From: an uncultured Spartobacteria bacterium
Lineage (GTDB): Bacteria > Verrucomicrobiota > Verrucomicrobiia > Chthoniobacterales > JAATET01
Assembly (NCBI GenBank): GCA_938011325.1
Contig: CALLUD010000011.1
Coordinates: 126,901-190,900 of the forward strand
DNA: 64,000 bases
Direction of reading: 5' to 3'
Below, in pieces: positions 46,309 through 55,863 of this stretch. The position numbers and the translations under genes are program-made. The notes beneath the pieces are model-generated. The model had not been told where the DNA came from, did no database searches, and saw only the letters and a program-made list of their open reading frames with translations. The stretch's first letter is position 1. Every line of letters starts with the position of its first letter.

Positions 46309-46767
46309 TTAAAGCGCTTCCGTCGCCTGCATCAGCAGCTCGACAAATTCCTGTCCCGTCGACGCCGCCAGCAACTCCGCGAGGCGGTCCGCATCCCGGC
46401 AGATCCGCACGATCGAGCCGACGTGCCGGAGGTATTCCGCATCGAAGGCCGCGGGGATGCCGGCCACGAAGAACAGGCGCGCGGGCTGTTTCGCGTCGTC
46501 GCAGGGGAATCCCTGTTCCGAGCGGCCCACGGCCATCACCAGCCCCTTCACCGCCTTGGTCCGTCCGTGCGCGATGCAGATGGCGCAACCCGCCGCGTCG
46601 ATCGCCGCGGCGTCCCGCTCGATCACGGCATCACGCAGCGCCTCCCAATTCGTGACTCGATCGTCACCGCGCAACTGCGACAGCACTTCCTCGACGACGG
46701 CCGTTTTGTCGTCCCCGCGCAGAGCAAGATTGATGTCGGATGCACGAAGAACTTCGTCGATCCTCAT
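46309..46767 (-). CDS. ptsN: PTS EIIA type-2 domain protein (PtsN / EIIA-Ntr-like)
   Basis: GCAICIAHGRT contains the active-site His context. ATGA overlap with the nadK stop. Confidence 0.75.
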   Translation of the reverse strand: MRIDEVLRASDINLALRGDDKTAVVEEVLSQLRGDDRVTNWEALRDAVIERDAAAIDAAGCAICIAHGRTKAVKGLVMAVGRSEQGFPCDDAKQPARLFFVAGIPAAFDAEYLRHVGSIVRICRDADRLAELLAASTGQEFVELLMQATEAL

Positions 46768-47618
46768 ATGTTGCTTCCGCTCCACTTGAGCTTCTGCCGC
46801 AGCACCTCGGAGAACGGACGTTCCGGCAGCATTGCGAGGGGCAGAACCCGGTCGGACTTCGAGACTCTCAGCACATCCCCAAGCCGCATTTCAACCGATG
46901 CCTGGCCGTCCACGTTGATGAAGACCTCCTGCCCCGGAACGATGAGCCGCGCCTCGACGACGGAGTTGTCGCTCACCACGGTGGAGCGATTCGTGAGCAC
47001 GTGCGGGCAAACGGGGGTGACGACCATTACACCGGAATCCGGCAGCAAAATCGGGCCTCCGGCCGAGAGCGAATAAGCCGTCGAGCCGGTGGGCGTGGAA
47101 AGAATGAGGCCATCCGCGTTGTAGTTGGTGAGCAGATCGCCATCGATCCGCACGTCGATCCGCACGAGTTTCGACCGCTCGCCGCGACTGATCACGACAT
47201 CGTTCAACGCGTAAAACGTCTGCACCGGCGCCTCGCCGGCGAGCAGCTCGACTTTCAACAGATTGCGCGGGCTCTTGCGAAACTCCCCGTTCACGATCGC
47301 GTCAACGGCACGCGTCACCTCGCCTGGGCCCACACACGTGAGAAAGCCGAGCGAGCCGAGATTGATTCCGAAAATCGGCCGCAGTTGATCCTCCAGCCGA
47401 TGCGCCACCCGCAGAATCGTCCCGTCGCCGCCCATCACCACGAGCAGATCGCTCACCGAGGCCACCGCAACCTCGTCCAGATCGGAATCCCGCCCGATGA
47501 GCTTCGCCGTCTCGCGCTCCATCACAAAGTCGATCCCCCGGCTGTCCAGCTCGGCCACCACCTCGCCGACGAGCTGTCGCGCGTCGGCCTTCTCGGAATG
47601 GGCAATGAGCCCGATCAT
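46764..47618 (-). CDS. nadK: NAD(+) kinase
   Basis: LLVVMGGDGTILR, NLGSLGFL, STPTGSTAYSLSAGGPI. Confidence 0.9.
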   Translation of the reverse strand: MIGLIAHSEKADARQLVGEVVAELDSRGIDFVMERETAKLIGRDSDLDEVAVASVSDLLVVMGGDGTILRVAHRLEDQLRPIFGINLGSLGFLTCVGPGEVTRAVDAIVNGEFRKSPRNLLKVELLAGEAPVQTFYALNDVVISRGERSKLVRIDVRIDGDLLTNYNADGLILSTPTGSTAYSLSAGGPILLPDSGVMVVTPVCPHVLTNRSTVVSDNSVVEARLIVPGQEVFINVDGQASVEMRLGDVLRVSKSDRVLPLAMLPERPFSEVLRQKLKWSGSNI

Positions 47619-48358
47619 GGCCGCAAACAGGCGAGAAACTCGCGATTGCCCGTGGCGCCGAGAATCGGCGACTCGATGTGCCCGACCCAACGATGCCGAA
47701 GCTCACCTTCGGTGAAATCACGAATTTTCCGCACCGCCTCCTCGTGCGCGGCCGGATCGGTCACGACTCCGCCGCGTCCCACCGCTTCGCGGGAGAGCTC
47801 AAATTGAGGTTTGATCAGCACCACCATCATCCCGTCGGGTTCGAGCAACTCAAACGCGGGCGGCAGGATCAAAGTCAACGAAATAAAACTCACGTCGGCG
47901 ACCACGAGGCTCACTCGCTCGCCGACATCGTCGAACGACAGATACCGGCAATTGATCCCCTCCTTCGCGATCACCCGCCCGTCATTTCGAATGCGCCAGT
48001 GCAGCTGATTGCGCCCGACATCAAAGGCGTAAACCCGCGCCGCGCCGCGCTGCAGCAGGCAATCGGTGAACCCGCCGGTGGACGCGCCGATGTCCAGACA
48101 CACGCGTCCCGCCGGATCGATCCCGAAGGCATCCAGCGCCGCCTCGAGCTTCAGCGCGCCGCGCCCCACGTATTTCTCCGTGCCTTTCACGGTGATCTCG
48201 ACGTCTTCGCGCACCCGCTGCCCCGGCTTGCCCGCAGGCTGCCCGTCCACCTGGACGAGGCCGGCCATCAATGCCCGCTGCGCCCGCTCCCGCGATTCGA
48301 AAAATCCCCGCGCCACCAGCAACGCATCGAGGCGAAGCTTTTCGGGATTGTGGCTCAT
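47615..48358 (-). CDS. tlyA: TlyA-family rRNA (cytidine-2'-O)-methyltransferase
   Basis: S4 domain (RLDALLVARGFFESRERAQRAL) plus FtsJ-like LDIGASTGGFTDCLLQRGA. Start taken at 48358. Confidence 0.9.
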   Translation of the reverse strand: MSHNPEKLRLDALLVARGFFESRERAQRALMAGLVQVDGQPAGKPGQRVREDVEITVKGTEKYVGRGALKLEAALDAFGIDPAGRVCLDIGASTGGFTDCLLQRGAARVYAFDVGRNQLHWRIRNDGRVIAKEGINCRYLSFDDVGERVSLVVADVSFISLTLILPPAFELLEPDGMMVVLIKPQFELSREAVGRGGVVTDPAAHEEAVRKIRDFTEGELRHRWVGHIESPILGATGNREFLACLRP

Positions 48359-48406
48359 GGGGAACTGATTCAGAGTTCGCGGGCTCACAAGCAAGTTGTT
48401 TCGCCG

Positions 48407-48670
48407 ATGTCCGACGTTGATCTGAATTCCCGCATCAAGGAGATGATGGTTTCCAGCCTGATGCTCAAAATGGATCCTTCCGAAATCGGCGACGACGTGC
48501 CGTTGTTTTCTCCGGAGGGCCTTGGGCTCGATTCCATCGATGCGCTGGAGCTTGCCGTGGCCATCGAGAAAAACTTCGGCGTCGCCACGCAGAATGCCGA
48601 TGTCGCACGTCACGCGTTTCAAAGTGTGAACACGATCGCCGACTACGTCCGGCAGAGTCAGGCGAAGTGA
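48407..48670 (+). CDS. Acyl carrier protein-like (phosphopantetheine attachment site)
   Basis: LGLDSIDALELAVAIEKNFG. 87 aa. Confidence 0.8.
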   Translation: MSDVDLNSRIKEMMVSSLMLKMDPSEIGDDVPLFSPEGLGLDSIDALELAVAIEKNFGVATQNADVARHAFQSVNTIADYVRQSQAK

Positions 48671-48674
48671 CCGC

Positions 48675-49205
48675 CTAGTCGTCGTAGCTCACCAGCGAGA
48701 GCACCGGCGTGGGCGCCAGCGCCGCGCGGCCGTTCAGAAACGCCAGCTCGATGAGAAACTGCGCCTGCACGACCGTCGCCCCGAGGCTCTGGATCAAATG
48801 CACCGCGGCGGTCGCGGTTCCGCCGGTGGCCAGCAGGTCGTCGATCAACGCCACCCGTTCGCCGGCCTCGATGGCATCCGTGTGGATTTCCACCTCCGCC
48901 TCGCCGTATTCCAGCGCATACGCGTAGGAAACCGTCTTGTAGGGCAGCTTCCCCTTCTTGCGGACCGGCACGAACCCGACGCCGAGTTCGTGCGCCACGG
49001 TCGCGCCAAAAAGGAAGCCTCTCGCATCGATCCCCACGATCCTGGTGAGATCCTTGCCCGCGCATTGCTGCACGAAGTGCTGGATCGCAGTCCGGAACAC
49101 CTGCGGGTTGGACAACACCGGTGTGATGTCCTTGAAGACGATGCCGGGCTTTGGAAAGTCCGGCACGTCCCGGATGGACGCTCGCAGGAGATCGAGCGAG
49201 TCCAT
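48675..49205 (-). CDS. apt: Adenine phosphoribosyltransferase
   Basis: PDFPKPGIVFKDITP..., VALIDDLLATGGTA. Confidence 0.95.
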   Translation of the reverse strand: MDSLDLLRASIRDVPDFPKPGIVFKDITPVLSNPQVFRTAIQHFVQQCAGKDLTRIVGIDARGFLFGATVAHELGVGFVPVRKKGKLPYKTVSYAYALEYGEAEVEIHTDAIEAGERVALIDDLLATGGTATAAVHLIQSLGATVVQAQFLIELAFLNGRAALAPTPVLSLVSYDD

Positions 49206-49209
49206 GTTT

Positions 49210-50289
49210 CTAGTCGCCGAAGTAAATCTCCACCGAGCGGGCGGCTTCGATCATCTGGCAATGCGGATCCACGGTGCGCAGACGATGGACCGCCTGGGCG
49301 ATCGGCACCGCGGTGGTTTCGTAATTCTGGTAGCTCACCATCATTCCGAAGCGGCCTTCCTGGATCAGCTTCACGGCCTGAACGCCAAAGCGGGTGCCGA
49401 GAATCCGATCGAATGCGGTCGGAGCGCCGCCACGCTGCAGGTGGCCGAGCACGCACACGCGGGTGTCCTTGCCCGTGCGCTCGCCAATCTCGCGGCCGAC
49501 CATTTCGCCGAGACCCCCGAGACGGTATTCACCGCTCGCGGTCTGCATGCGCATCTGGGTGCCATCCTTCGGGCTCGCGCCCTCCGCGACGACGATCATC
49601 GTGCTCTTGGCTCCGGCGCGATCCCGCGCCATCACCTGCTCGGCGACCTTGTCGAGGTCGAACGGAATTTCGGGAATCAGGATGATGTCCGCACCACCGG
49701 CCACGCCGCCATAGAGCGCGATCCAGCCGGCATGGCGTCCCATCACTTCGAGCACCATCACGCGCTTGTGGCTCGTCGCCGTCGTGTGCAGGCGGTCGAG
49801 CGCATCGGCCACGCAGGCGACGGCCGAGTCGAAGCCGAAGGTCATCGCCGTCGCTTCGAGGTCGTTGTCGATCGTCTTCGGCACGCCAATGACGTTGAAG
49901 CCGTTCTCCATGAGCTGGAGCGAGGTGGTCAGCGATCCATCGCCGCCGATCGTTACGAGCGCCGTGAGGCCGAGCTCATCGTAGGTCTTGCGTGCGCGAT
50001 CAATGACGTCCTGCGGAATGGCCGCCTTCTCGCCGGCACGCACTTTCGCGACGAAATGGCCGCGATTGGTCGTTCCAAGAATTGTTCCCCCAAGGTGCAT
50101 GATGCCCGCCGTCGCACTACGGTCGAGCGTGACATAGTCTCCCGGAGGGAGAAGGCCCTCAAAGCCGTCGCGGAATCCCACGACTTCCCATCCCAGGTCG
50201 CTTGCGGCGCGCACCACACCGCGAATTACTGCATTCAGGCCGGGACAATCCCCGCCACTAGTTAAGACTCCGATTCGTGTTTTAGCCAT
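49210..50289 (-). CDS. pfkA: 6-phosphofructokinase
   Basis: IGVLTSGGDCPGLNAVIRG, TIGGDGSLT, GVPKTIDNDL, VMGRHAGW. Confidence 0.9.
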   Translation of the reverse strand: MAKTRIGVLTSGGDCPGLNAVIRGVVRAASDLGWEVVGFRDGFEGLLPPGDYVTLDRSATAGIMHLGGTILGTTNRGHFVAKVRAGEKAAIPQDVIDRARKTYDELGLTALVTIGGDGSLTTSLQLMENGFNVIGVPKTIDNDLEATAMTFGFDSAVACVADALDRLHTTATSHKRVMVLEVMGRHAGWIALYGGVAGGADIILIPEIPFDLDKVAEQVMARDRAGAKSTMIVVAEGASPKDGTQMRMQTASGEYRLGGLGEMVGREIGERTGKDTRVCVLGHLQRGGAPTAFDRILGTRFGVQAVKLIQEGRFGMMVSYQNYETTAVPIAQAVHRLRTVDPHCQMIEAARSVEIYFGD

Positions 50290-50324
50290 TCGGCTGATAG
50301 TTTTCCCAAGGTTGCGGGCGACGT

Positions 50325-51257
50325 TTACAAGGTGTCGCTCCTCTTCATTTCACGCCCTCCCGCAGCCCACTGGTCATACAATTGCCAGCCCTTCCGAATG
50401 ACACCAAGCCCTTCGGAAGTTCGGTCCTCTACCCCCAGGAGCACGACGATGATTCGCCGTGGAGTGACGTAAACGGTTTCCCCCTCCCGACGCGACTCGG
50501 GCGTGCGATCCGAGGACAGGATGATGCAATCGCCGGCCTTCGCCGTGCGACCGGTCTTCACCCCGTCGATGCCCTCCTGATCGAGGAGCGGGTTCGTGTT
50601 GCGCAGCCAGATGTCGACCGGCTGGCCATTGCGGAAAATGTGAATCTCGCGCGTCTTCTGCGCGACGTAGAAGGGGAATCCGGATTTCGAATACGCGTAG
50701 CGCGTGAGCCGCGCCAGATCCGCGGCGGTCGAGTATGGAAGCGCGCCCTTGACGTTGTCGAGGCCGCTTGGATTCAGGAAGCGCGTGCGCTTCATCTTCA
50801 AATTGCGGGCAAGCGCATTCATGTGCGAGACGAAGTTGCCCTCCGGATCGAGCCCTTCGGGATTCGGCAGCCGCTTGCCGATGTGATACGCGAGCGTATG
50901 CGCCGCGACGTTGTCCGACGCCATCAACGCGCTGTAGAGCAGGTCGCGCAGCGAGACGAGATCGCCCGCCTGGAAGCCCGCGGGGTTCACTCCGCCCACC
51001 TGAATCGCCGACGCGGGCACCGCCACCAGCTCGCCGAGATCCGCATTCGTCACCTTTGCCCAGTCGAGCACCACGAGCCCCGTCGCAATCTTCGTGAGGC
51101 TCGCGATCTGCCTCTTCTCGTCCGCATTTTTCGACGCGAGGATGTAGCCGGTTTGATTGTCGACAATGATCAAACTCTCCACGGCACACACGGACCTCGC
51201 GGTCAGCAGACCGAGGAGCAATGGCAAAACGAGCGAGAGAAAACGCAAACTCCGCAT
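50325..51257 (-). CDS. D-alanyl-D-alanine carboxypeptidase (peptidase S11, low-MW PBP)
   Basis: Signal peptide MRSLRFLSLVLPLLLGLL, then SLTK (SxxK), SDN and KTGRT. Start taken at 51257. Confidence 0.85.
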   Translation of the reverse strand: MRSLRFLSLVLPLLLGLLTARSVCAVESLIIVDNQTGYILASKNADEKRQIASLTKIATGLVVLDWAKVTNADLGELVAVPASAIQVGGVNPAGFQAGDLVSLRDLLYSALMASDNVAAHTLAYHIGKRLPNPEGLDPEGNFVSHMNALARNLKMKRTRFLNPSGLDNVKGALPYSTAADLARLTRYAYSKSGFPFYVAQKTREIHIFRNGQPVDIWLRNTNPLLDQEGIDGVKTGRTAKAGDCIILSSDRTPESRREGETVYVTPRRIIVVLLGVEDRTSEGLGVIRKGWQLYDQWAAGGREMKRSDTL

Positions 51258-51369
51258 AAGAGCAATACCGCCGAAAAATAGGCGGACGCCTCGATTTGGC
51301 AATCTGAATCCCCTGCATTCAAGCGGGATTTCCGCGCACCCGGTCGCAGGCACACAGCCATCAGACAGC

Positions 51370-52122
51370 TTACTTCCGGGGCGCGCGCGGAAGCTCGTGA
51401 TCCGGGAAATCCGCGGCATTCGCGAGACGCAGCACACGTTGCTGACGCTGCAACACGCGCGAACTCGGTTGGCTCGGATTCCACTCCTTCGGGTTCGGCA
51501 GAATCGCGGCGAGCAGCGCCATCTGCGATTTCGTGAGTCGCGACGGCGGCCTGCCAAACCACGTTTCCGCGCCCGCCTTCACCCCGTAGATGCCGTCGCC
51601 GAGTTCGATGACGTTGAGGTAAAGCTCGAGAATCCGCTGTTTCGACAGCAGCAGCTCCATGAGCACCGTGTAGTAGGTCTCGAGCGCCTTGCGAATCCAC
51701 GACCGCCCCTGCCAGAGAAACAGTGAACGCGCGCACTGCATCGTGATCGTTGAGGCGCCGCGCGGCTTTTTCCCGGTTTTCTCCGCCTCCTTCAACGCGA
51801 GTTCGATTTCGTCGAAATCAATTCCGTCGTGCTCGAAAAACCGCTGGTCCTCCGAGGCCCAGATGTAGCGGATTTGATCGCGCGGAATCTCCTCCAGCGG
51901 CATCCACTCGTAGCGGAGACCGCGCTTCCGCGCCGCTTCGTTCTTCCCGAACCATTCGAACCGCAGCATCTCGGGCGTGCGCGGCGGATTGATGAAGCGC
52001 ACGCATCCGACCTCGAGGATCGGAAACACGATGACGAACAGCACGAGAAACAGCGGCCATTTCAACGAGCGGAGGAGCCCGCCGGATCTGCGGCCCTTCT
52101 TCAGTGCGTTTCGACGGGGCAT
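51370..52122 (-). CDS. mtgA: Monofunctional biosynthetic peptidoglycan transglycosylase
   Basis: ASEDQRFFEHDGIDF, GASTITMQCARSLF, RILELYLNVIELGDGIYG. Confidence 0.9.
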   Translation of the reverse strand: MPRRNALKKGRRSGGLLRSLKWPLFLVLFVIVFPILEVGCVRFINPPRTPEMLRFEWFGKNEAARKRGLRYEWMPLEEIPRDQIRYIWASEDQRFFEHDGIDFDEIELALKEAEKTGKKPRGASTITMQCARSLFLWQGRSWIRKALETYYTVLMELLLSKQRILELYLNVIELGDGIYGVKAGAETWFGRPPSRLTKSQMALLAAILPNPKEWNPSQPSSRVLQRQQRVLRLANAADFPDHELPRAPRK

Positions 52123-54104
52123 TTCGGCAATGCCGCCAGAAACCGGCGGCCATAGGGCTTCGTCACGATACGGCTGTCGAGAATGACCACGATGCCGCGA
52201 TCCGAGCGGGAGCGGATCAATCGCCCCACCCCCTGCCGCAGCTTCAACACCGCCTCGGGCAGCGAGTATTGTTGAAACGCGTCACCACCCGCCGCCTCGA
52301 TCGCCTCGAGCTTGGCCTCGATCAACGGATGGTCCGGCATCGCGAAGGGCAGCCGCGTGATGATCACGTTCGACAGCGCCTCGCCCGGCACGTCCACGCC
52401 GCCCCAGAAACTGTCCGTTCCAAAAAGCACCGCGCGTCCCGAGTTTTTGAACTCGATCACCATGCGCGTGCGCGACATTCCCTCGCCCTGCACAAACAGC
52501 GGCCACCCCCGCGCTTCGAAGGCGTCCCGCATCTCCGCCGCCACGCGATGCATGAGCGCGTAGCTTGTGAAGAGCACGAAGGCGCGCCCGTCCGTTTTCT
52601 CGACGAAATGGAGAATCCATTTCTCCAGCGCCTCCTCGTAGCCCTTGGCGCGCGGGTCCGGCATGCGCCGCACGACGTGGAGCGTCATTTGCCTTTCGTA
52701 GTCGAACGGGCTTCCGATGCTCTTCGCCGGCACGTCATCCGCGCCCACCCGCTCGCGGAAATACCGCAGGTCCGGCCCGCCCGTGGAGAGCGTGGCGCTC
52801 GTGAGCACCGAGCACGCGCCCTCGCGGAAAAGCAGCCGGCGCAGGCAGCCGGCGAGATCGATCGGCGCGGCGTGCAGATTGTGCAGCGTTTCGCGGCGGC
52901 CGCTCTGCTCCACCCAGTAAACATGATCGCGATCGACCTGATCCAGAAAGTCGCCCAGCCCGATCTTCGCATCGCGAATGCGCCGCGCGAGGTCCTGCAA
53001 TTCGGCCTTCGTCAGCTCGTCGTCGCCACATTTCGCGATCGCCAGTCCCACGAGTTCGATCAATCGCGTGAGCGCCGTGTTCAGCTCCGAGGCATCCACG
53101 AGCCCTACTTCGCGCACCCGATACTCCCGGCCCTTGCCGAAGTTGCACACCCGCCCGACCTCGTCGAAGAACGCATCGGCCACCGGCAGCACGTCCGCGA
53201 CCGAGCGCACGCCCTCCGCCTGCCGCAGGAGCTGGAAGAGCCCCTTTTTCGTGCGCGGGTTGTAGAGCCGCTGCATCGCGCTGCGCAGGCCGTATTGCGA
53301 AACGGAAAATCCGATGTGCCGCGACGCGACGCCCTCCAGCGTGTGCGCCTCGTCGAAGATCACGAAATCATTCGGGAAGATGAATCCCCGGTCGTTGCGT
53401 CCCTCCAGCTCCTCCTCCGAGCCGAGCAACGTGAAGAAGAGCGTGTGGTTCACCACGACGACGTGCGCGTGGGCGAGCCGCTTGCGCACCGCCTGGTAGA
53501 AACACCGGGAGTTCGTGCCGCACGTGCGTTGCGTGCAGATCGCGCGCTCGCTGCACACCTGCGCCCACACCTCGGGATCCGGCTGCTCGGCGAAATCACT
53601 CAGCGAGCCGTCCTTCGTCATGAGACTCCACTCGCGAATGCGTTCCAGCTCCGCGCGCTGGGTCGTGGTGAACAGGCCGTCCGCCTGCCGCAGCGCCCGG
53701 TCGAGCCGCGTGCCGCAGCAGTAATTCTGCCGCCCCTTCAGCAGCACCGCCTCGAAGTCCTCCGGCAGCAGCGCCTGCAGGGCCGGGATGTCCTTGTAAA
53801 CGAGCTGCTCCTGCAGGTTGATCGTGTGCGTGGAAATCACCGCCTTGCGCTTCGTGCGCACCGCGTGAAGCACCGCCGGCACGAGATACGCGAACGATTT
53901 GCCCACGCCCGTGCCCGCCTCGATCACGAGATGACCGCCCTGCTCGAGCGTCCGCGCCACGGCGCAGGCCATCTCCTGTTGCTCCCGGCGCCACTCGAAG
54001 CCGGGGCGCGCGGAAAGCAGCCCTGTCTCTGAGAAAATCCCCGCAATCTCCCGCTCAAAGGCGCCGGTCACCCCCGCGCCTGCTCCTTCCACCAGTGAAA
54101 TCAC
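52101..54104 (-). CDS. DinG/XPD-like ATP-dependent DNA helicase (DEAD_2 + Helicase_C_2, Fe-S cluster cysteines)
   Basis: IEAGTGVGKSFAYL, FDEAHTLE, a four-Cys cluster region (NYCCG...VCSERAICTQRTCG...CFY), and C-terminal SFWGGVDVPG. The start is uncertain (GTG at 54104 or 54092). The rest of the 1221-aa ORF is antisense to other genes. Confidence 0.8.
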   Translation of the reverse strand: MISLVEGAGAGVTGAFEREIAGIFSETGLLSARPGFEWRREQQEMACAVARTLEQGGHLVIEAGTGVGKSFAYLVPAVLHAVRTKRKAVISTHTINLQEQLVYKDIPALQALLPEDFEAVLLKGRQNYCCGTRLDRALRQADGLFTTTQRAELERIREWSLMTKDGSLSDFAEQPDPEVWAQVCSERAICTQRTCGTNSRCFYQAVRKRLAHAHVVVVNHTLFFTLLGSEEELEGRNDRGFIFPNDFVIFDEAHTLEGVASRHIGFSVSQYGLRSAMQRLYNPRTKKGLFQLLRQAEGVRSVADVLPVADAFFDEVGRVCNFGKGREYRVREVGLVDASELNTALTRLIELVGLAIAKCGDDELTKAELQDLARRIRDAKIGLGDFLDQVDRDHVYWVEQSGRRETLHNLHAAPIDLAGCLRRLLFREGACSVLTSATLSTGGPDLRYFRERVGADDVPAKSIGSPFDYERQMTLHVVRRMPDPRAKGYEEALEKWILHFVEKTDGRAFVLFTSYALMHRVAAEMRDAFEARGWPLFVQGEGMSRTRMVIEFKNSGRAVLFGTDSFWGGVDVPGEALSNVIITRLPFAMPDHPLIEAKLEAIEAAGGDAFQQYSLPEAVLKLRQGVGRLIRSRSDRGIVVILDSRIVTKPYGRRFLAALPKCPVETH

Positions 54105-54185
54105 GAGCTTTGGAGTTGAACGCGGCCTGAAAGACGCGAATATCTGCCGTTCGTGTTTCCGCCGAGGCGGGACATTGGATTGCCC

Positions 54186-55310
54186 ATGACCATTCTTGAC
54201 CGCTACGTCCTGAAGAAGTTTCTCGTTCCGTTCTTCTACTGCTTCTTCGGGTTCATCGCAATCTGGCTTGTCTTCGACCTGAGTGACAACGGCCCCGACT
54301 TCATCGACGGCAAGGCGTCGCTCGGCTTCATCTTCGAGTTCTACATGAGCCAGATTCCCGAGATCGTCGTGATCAGCCTGCCCATCGGCATGCTCCTCGC
54401 CCTGCTCTACTCGCTCACGCAGATGTCGCGGTCGAACGAGATCATCTCGATGCTTGGCTCCGGTCGCAGTGTCGTGCGCGTGCTGCTCCCGCTCTTCGGG
54501 GTCGGCCTGCTTCTTGTCGGCGTCACCACCTATTTCAACTACGAGGGCGCCCCGCACGCCGCGAAGACGAAGAAGGCGATGCTCAAGGAAATCAACAGTG
54601 GCAAGAAGCGCGAGCCGACCATCTCCGGCCACCTCTTCCGCAATCGCGAGGATCGCCGCACCTGGTATATGCGCAAGCTCCGCCCCGAGGAGAACGCCAT
54701 CGACGACGTCCAGATCATCCAGCAAAACAAGAACGGCGCCATCATCCGCCAGTGGTATGCCCGCGACGCCACCTTCAACCCCGGCAACCAAACCTGGACC
54801 CTCGAGGACGTGAAGATCCTCAAGATGGATCGCAACGGCGACATCACCGACACCGAGCTGCACGAGGAATACGTCATCCCGAACTGGAGCGAGACCCCGT
54901 GGCGCATCGCCAGCTCCGTGATGAACCCCGACTACCTCTCCGTGCCCGAGCTGCGCGACTACCTCAAGCACAACTCCGACTTCCCGAAGGCGCGCCTCGC
55001 CCCCTTCCGCACCCACCTCGAGTATCGCTGGGCCCTCCCCTGGGTCTGCCTGCTCGTCGTTTTCCTCGCCGCCCCCATGGGCATCGTTTACTCCCGGCGC
55101 GGCATCCTCGGCGGCGTCGCCGCGGCCATCAGCCTTTTCTTCATGCTCATCTTCGTGAGCAGCCTCTGCATTGCGCTCGGCAAGGGCGACCGCCTCGACC
55201 CGGTCACCGCTGCGTGGGCCCCGCTGGTGATCTTCGTCATCATCGGTCTCGTGCTGCTCTGGTTCCGCTCGACGAACCGCGACATCCCGATCCCCAAGAT
55301 TTTCGGCTGA
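54186..55310 (+). CDS. LptF/LptG-family (YjgP/YjgQ) LPS export permease
   Basis: MTILDRYVLKKFLVPFFYCFFGFIAIWLVFDL with the typical topology. Start taken at the ATG at 54186. Confidence 0.85.
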   Translation: MTILDRYVLKKFLVPFFYCFFGFIAIWLVFDLSDNGPDFIDGKASLGFIFEFYMSQIPEIVVISLPIGMLLALLYSLTQMSRSNEIISMLGSGRSVVRVLLPLFGVGLLLVGVTTYFNYEGAPHAAKTKKAMLKEINSGKKREPTISGHLFRNREDRRTWYMRKLRPEENAIDDVQIIQQNKNGAIIRQWYARDATFNPGNQTWTLEDVKILKMDRNGDITDTELHEEYVIPNWSETPWRIASSVMNPDYLSVPELRDYLKHNSDFPKARLAPFRTHLEYRWALPWVCLLVVFLAAPMGIVYSRRGILGGVAAAISLFFMLIFVSSLCIALGKGDRLDPVTAAWAPLVIFVIIGLVLLWFRSTNRDIPIPKIFG

Positions 55311-55313
55311 CAC

Positions 55314-55814
55314 ATGCAACAGGACTGGGAAATCAAGAGCCGGTCGCACGCGTGCACGCGCACCGGCAAACCCTTCGAGGAAGGCGAATACTTCTACACG
55401 CTCCTCTTCCGCGATGAAGAGGGATTCCGCCGCGAAGACATCTGCGAAACCGCCTGGAACGAGCGCAACGACAACATCGAGCCCTTCTCGTTCTGGCGCA
55501 CCAAATACGAGGCCCCGCCGCCTCCCCCGCCCGAGCCGCTCAAGAAAAACGACGCCGAGAGCCTCCTGCGCGCGCTCGTCGAGGCCAACGACCCCCGCTA
55601 CGAGAAGGTCATCTACATCCTCGCGGTGATGCTCGAGCGCAAACGCACGCTCAAGCCGATGGACTCCCCCGACAACGACACGCTCGTCTACGAGCGCGCC
55701 GGCACGGGCGAGACCTTCATCCTCAAAAACCCGCACCTCGGCATCGAGCAGATCCCCGAGGTGCAAAAGGAAGTCGCCGCCCTCCTCGACGCCTCCCTCC
55801 AGCCCGCGCAGTAA
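55314..55814 (+). CDS. Hypothetical protein (166 aa), co-transcribed with lptF/G by position
   Basis: GC-rich third codon positions and a 3-nt gap after the upstream stop. No family recognised. Confidence 0.65.
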   Translation: MQQDWEIKSRSHACTRTGKPFEEGEYFYTLLFRDEEGFRREDICETAWNERNDNIEPFSFWRTKYEAPPPPPPEPLKKNDAESLLRALVEANDPRYEKVIYILAVMLERKRTLKPMDSPDNDTLVYERAGTGETFILKNPHLGIEQIPEVQKEVAALLDASLQPAQ

Positions 55815-55863
55815 GACGCTGCGCGTTTCGCAGGGCGGGGTTTTGCGCTACAGTGCGCTGCTC

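Noticed and set aside
54105-55766. The upstream two-fifths of the 1221-aa minus-strand ORF (52101-55766)
   Set aside because: This part is antisense to the well-supported LptF/G permease and the downstream hypothetical gene. Its translation is Asp/Glu/Arg/Gly/His-rich low-complexity sequence with no motifs. Only the region from 52101 to about 54104 carries helicase motifs. It is a stop-free antisense frame typical of GC-rich DNA.
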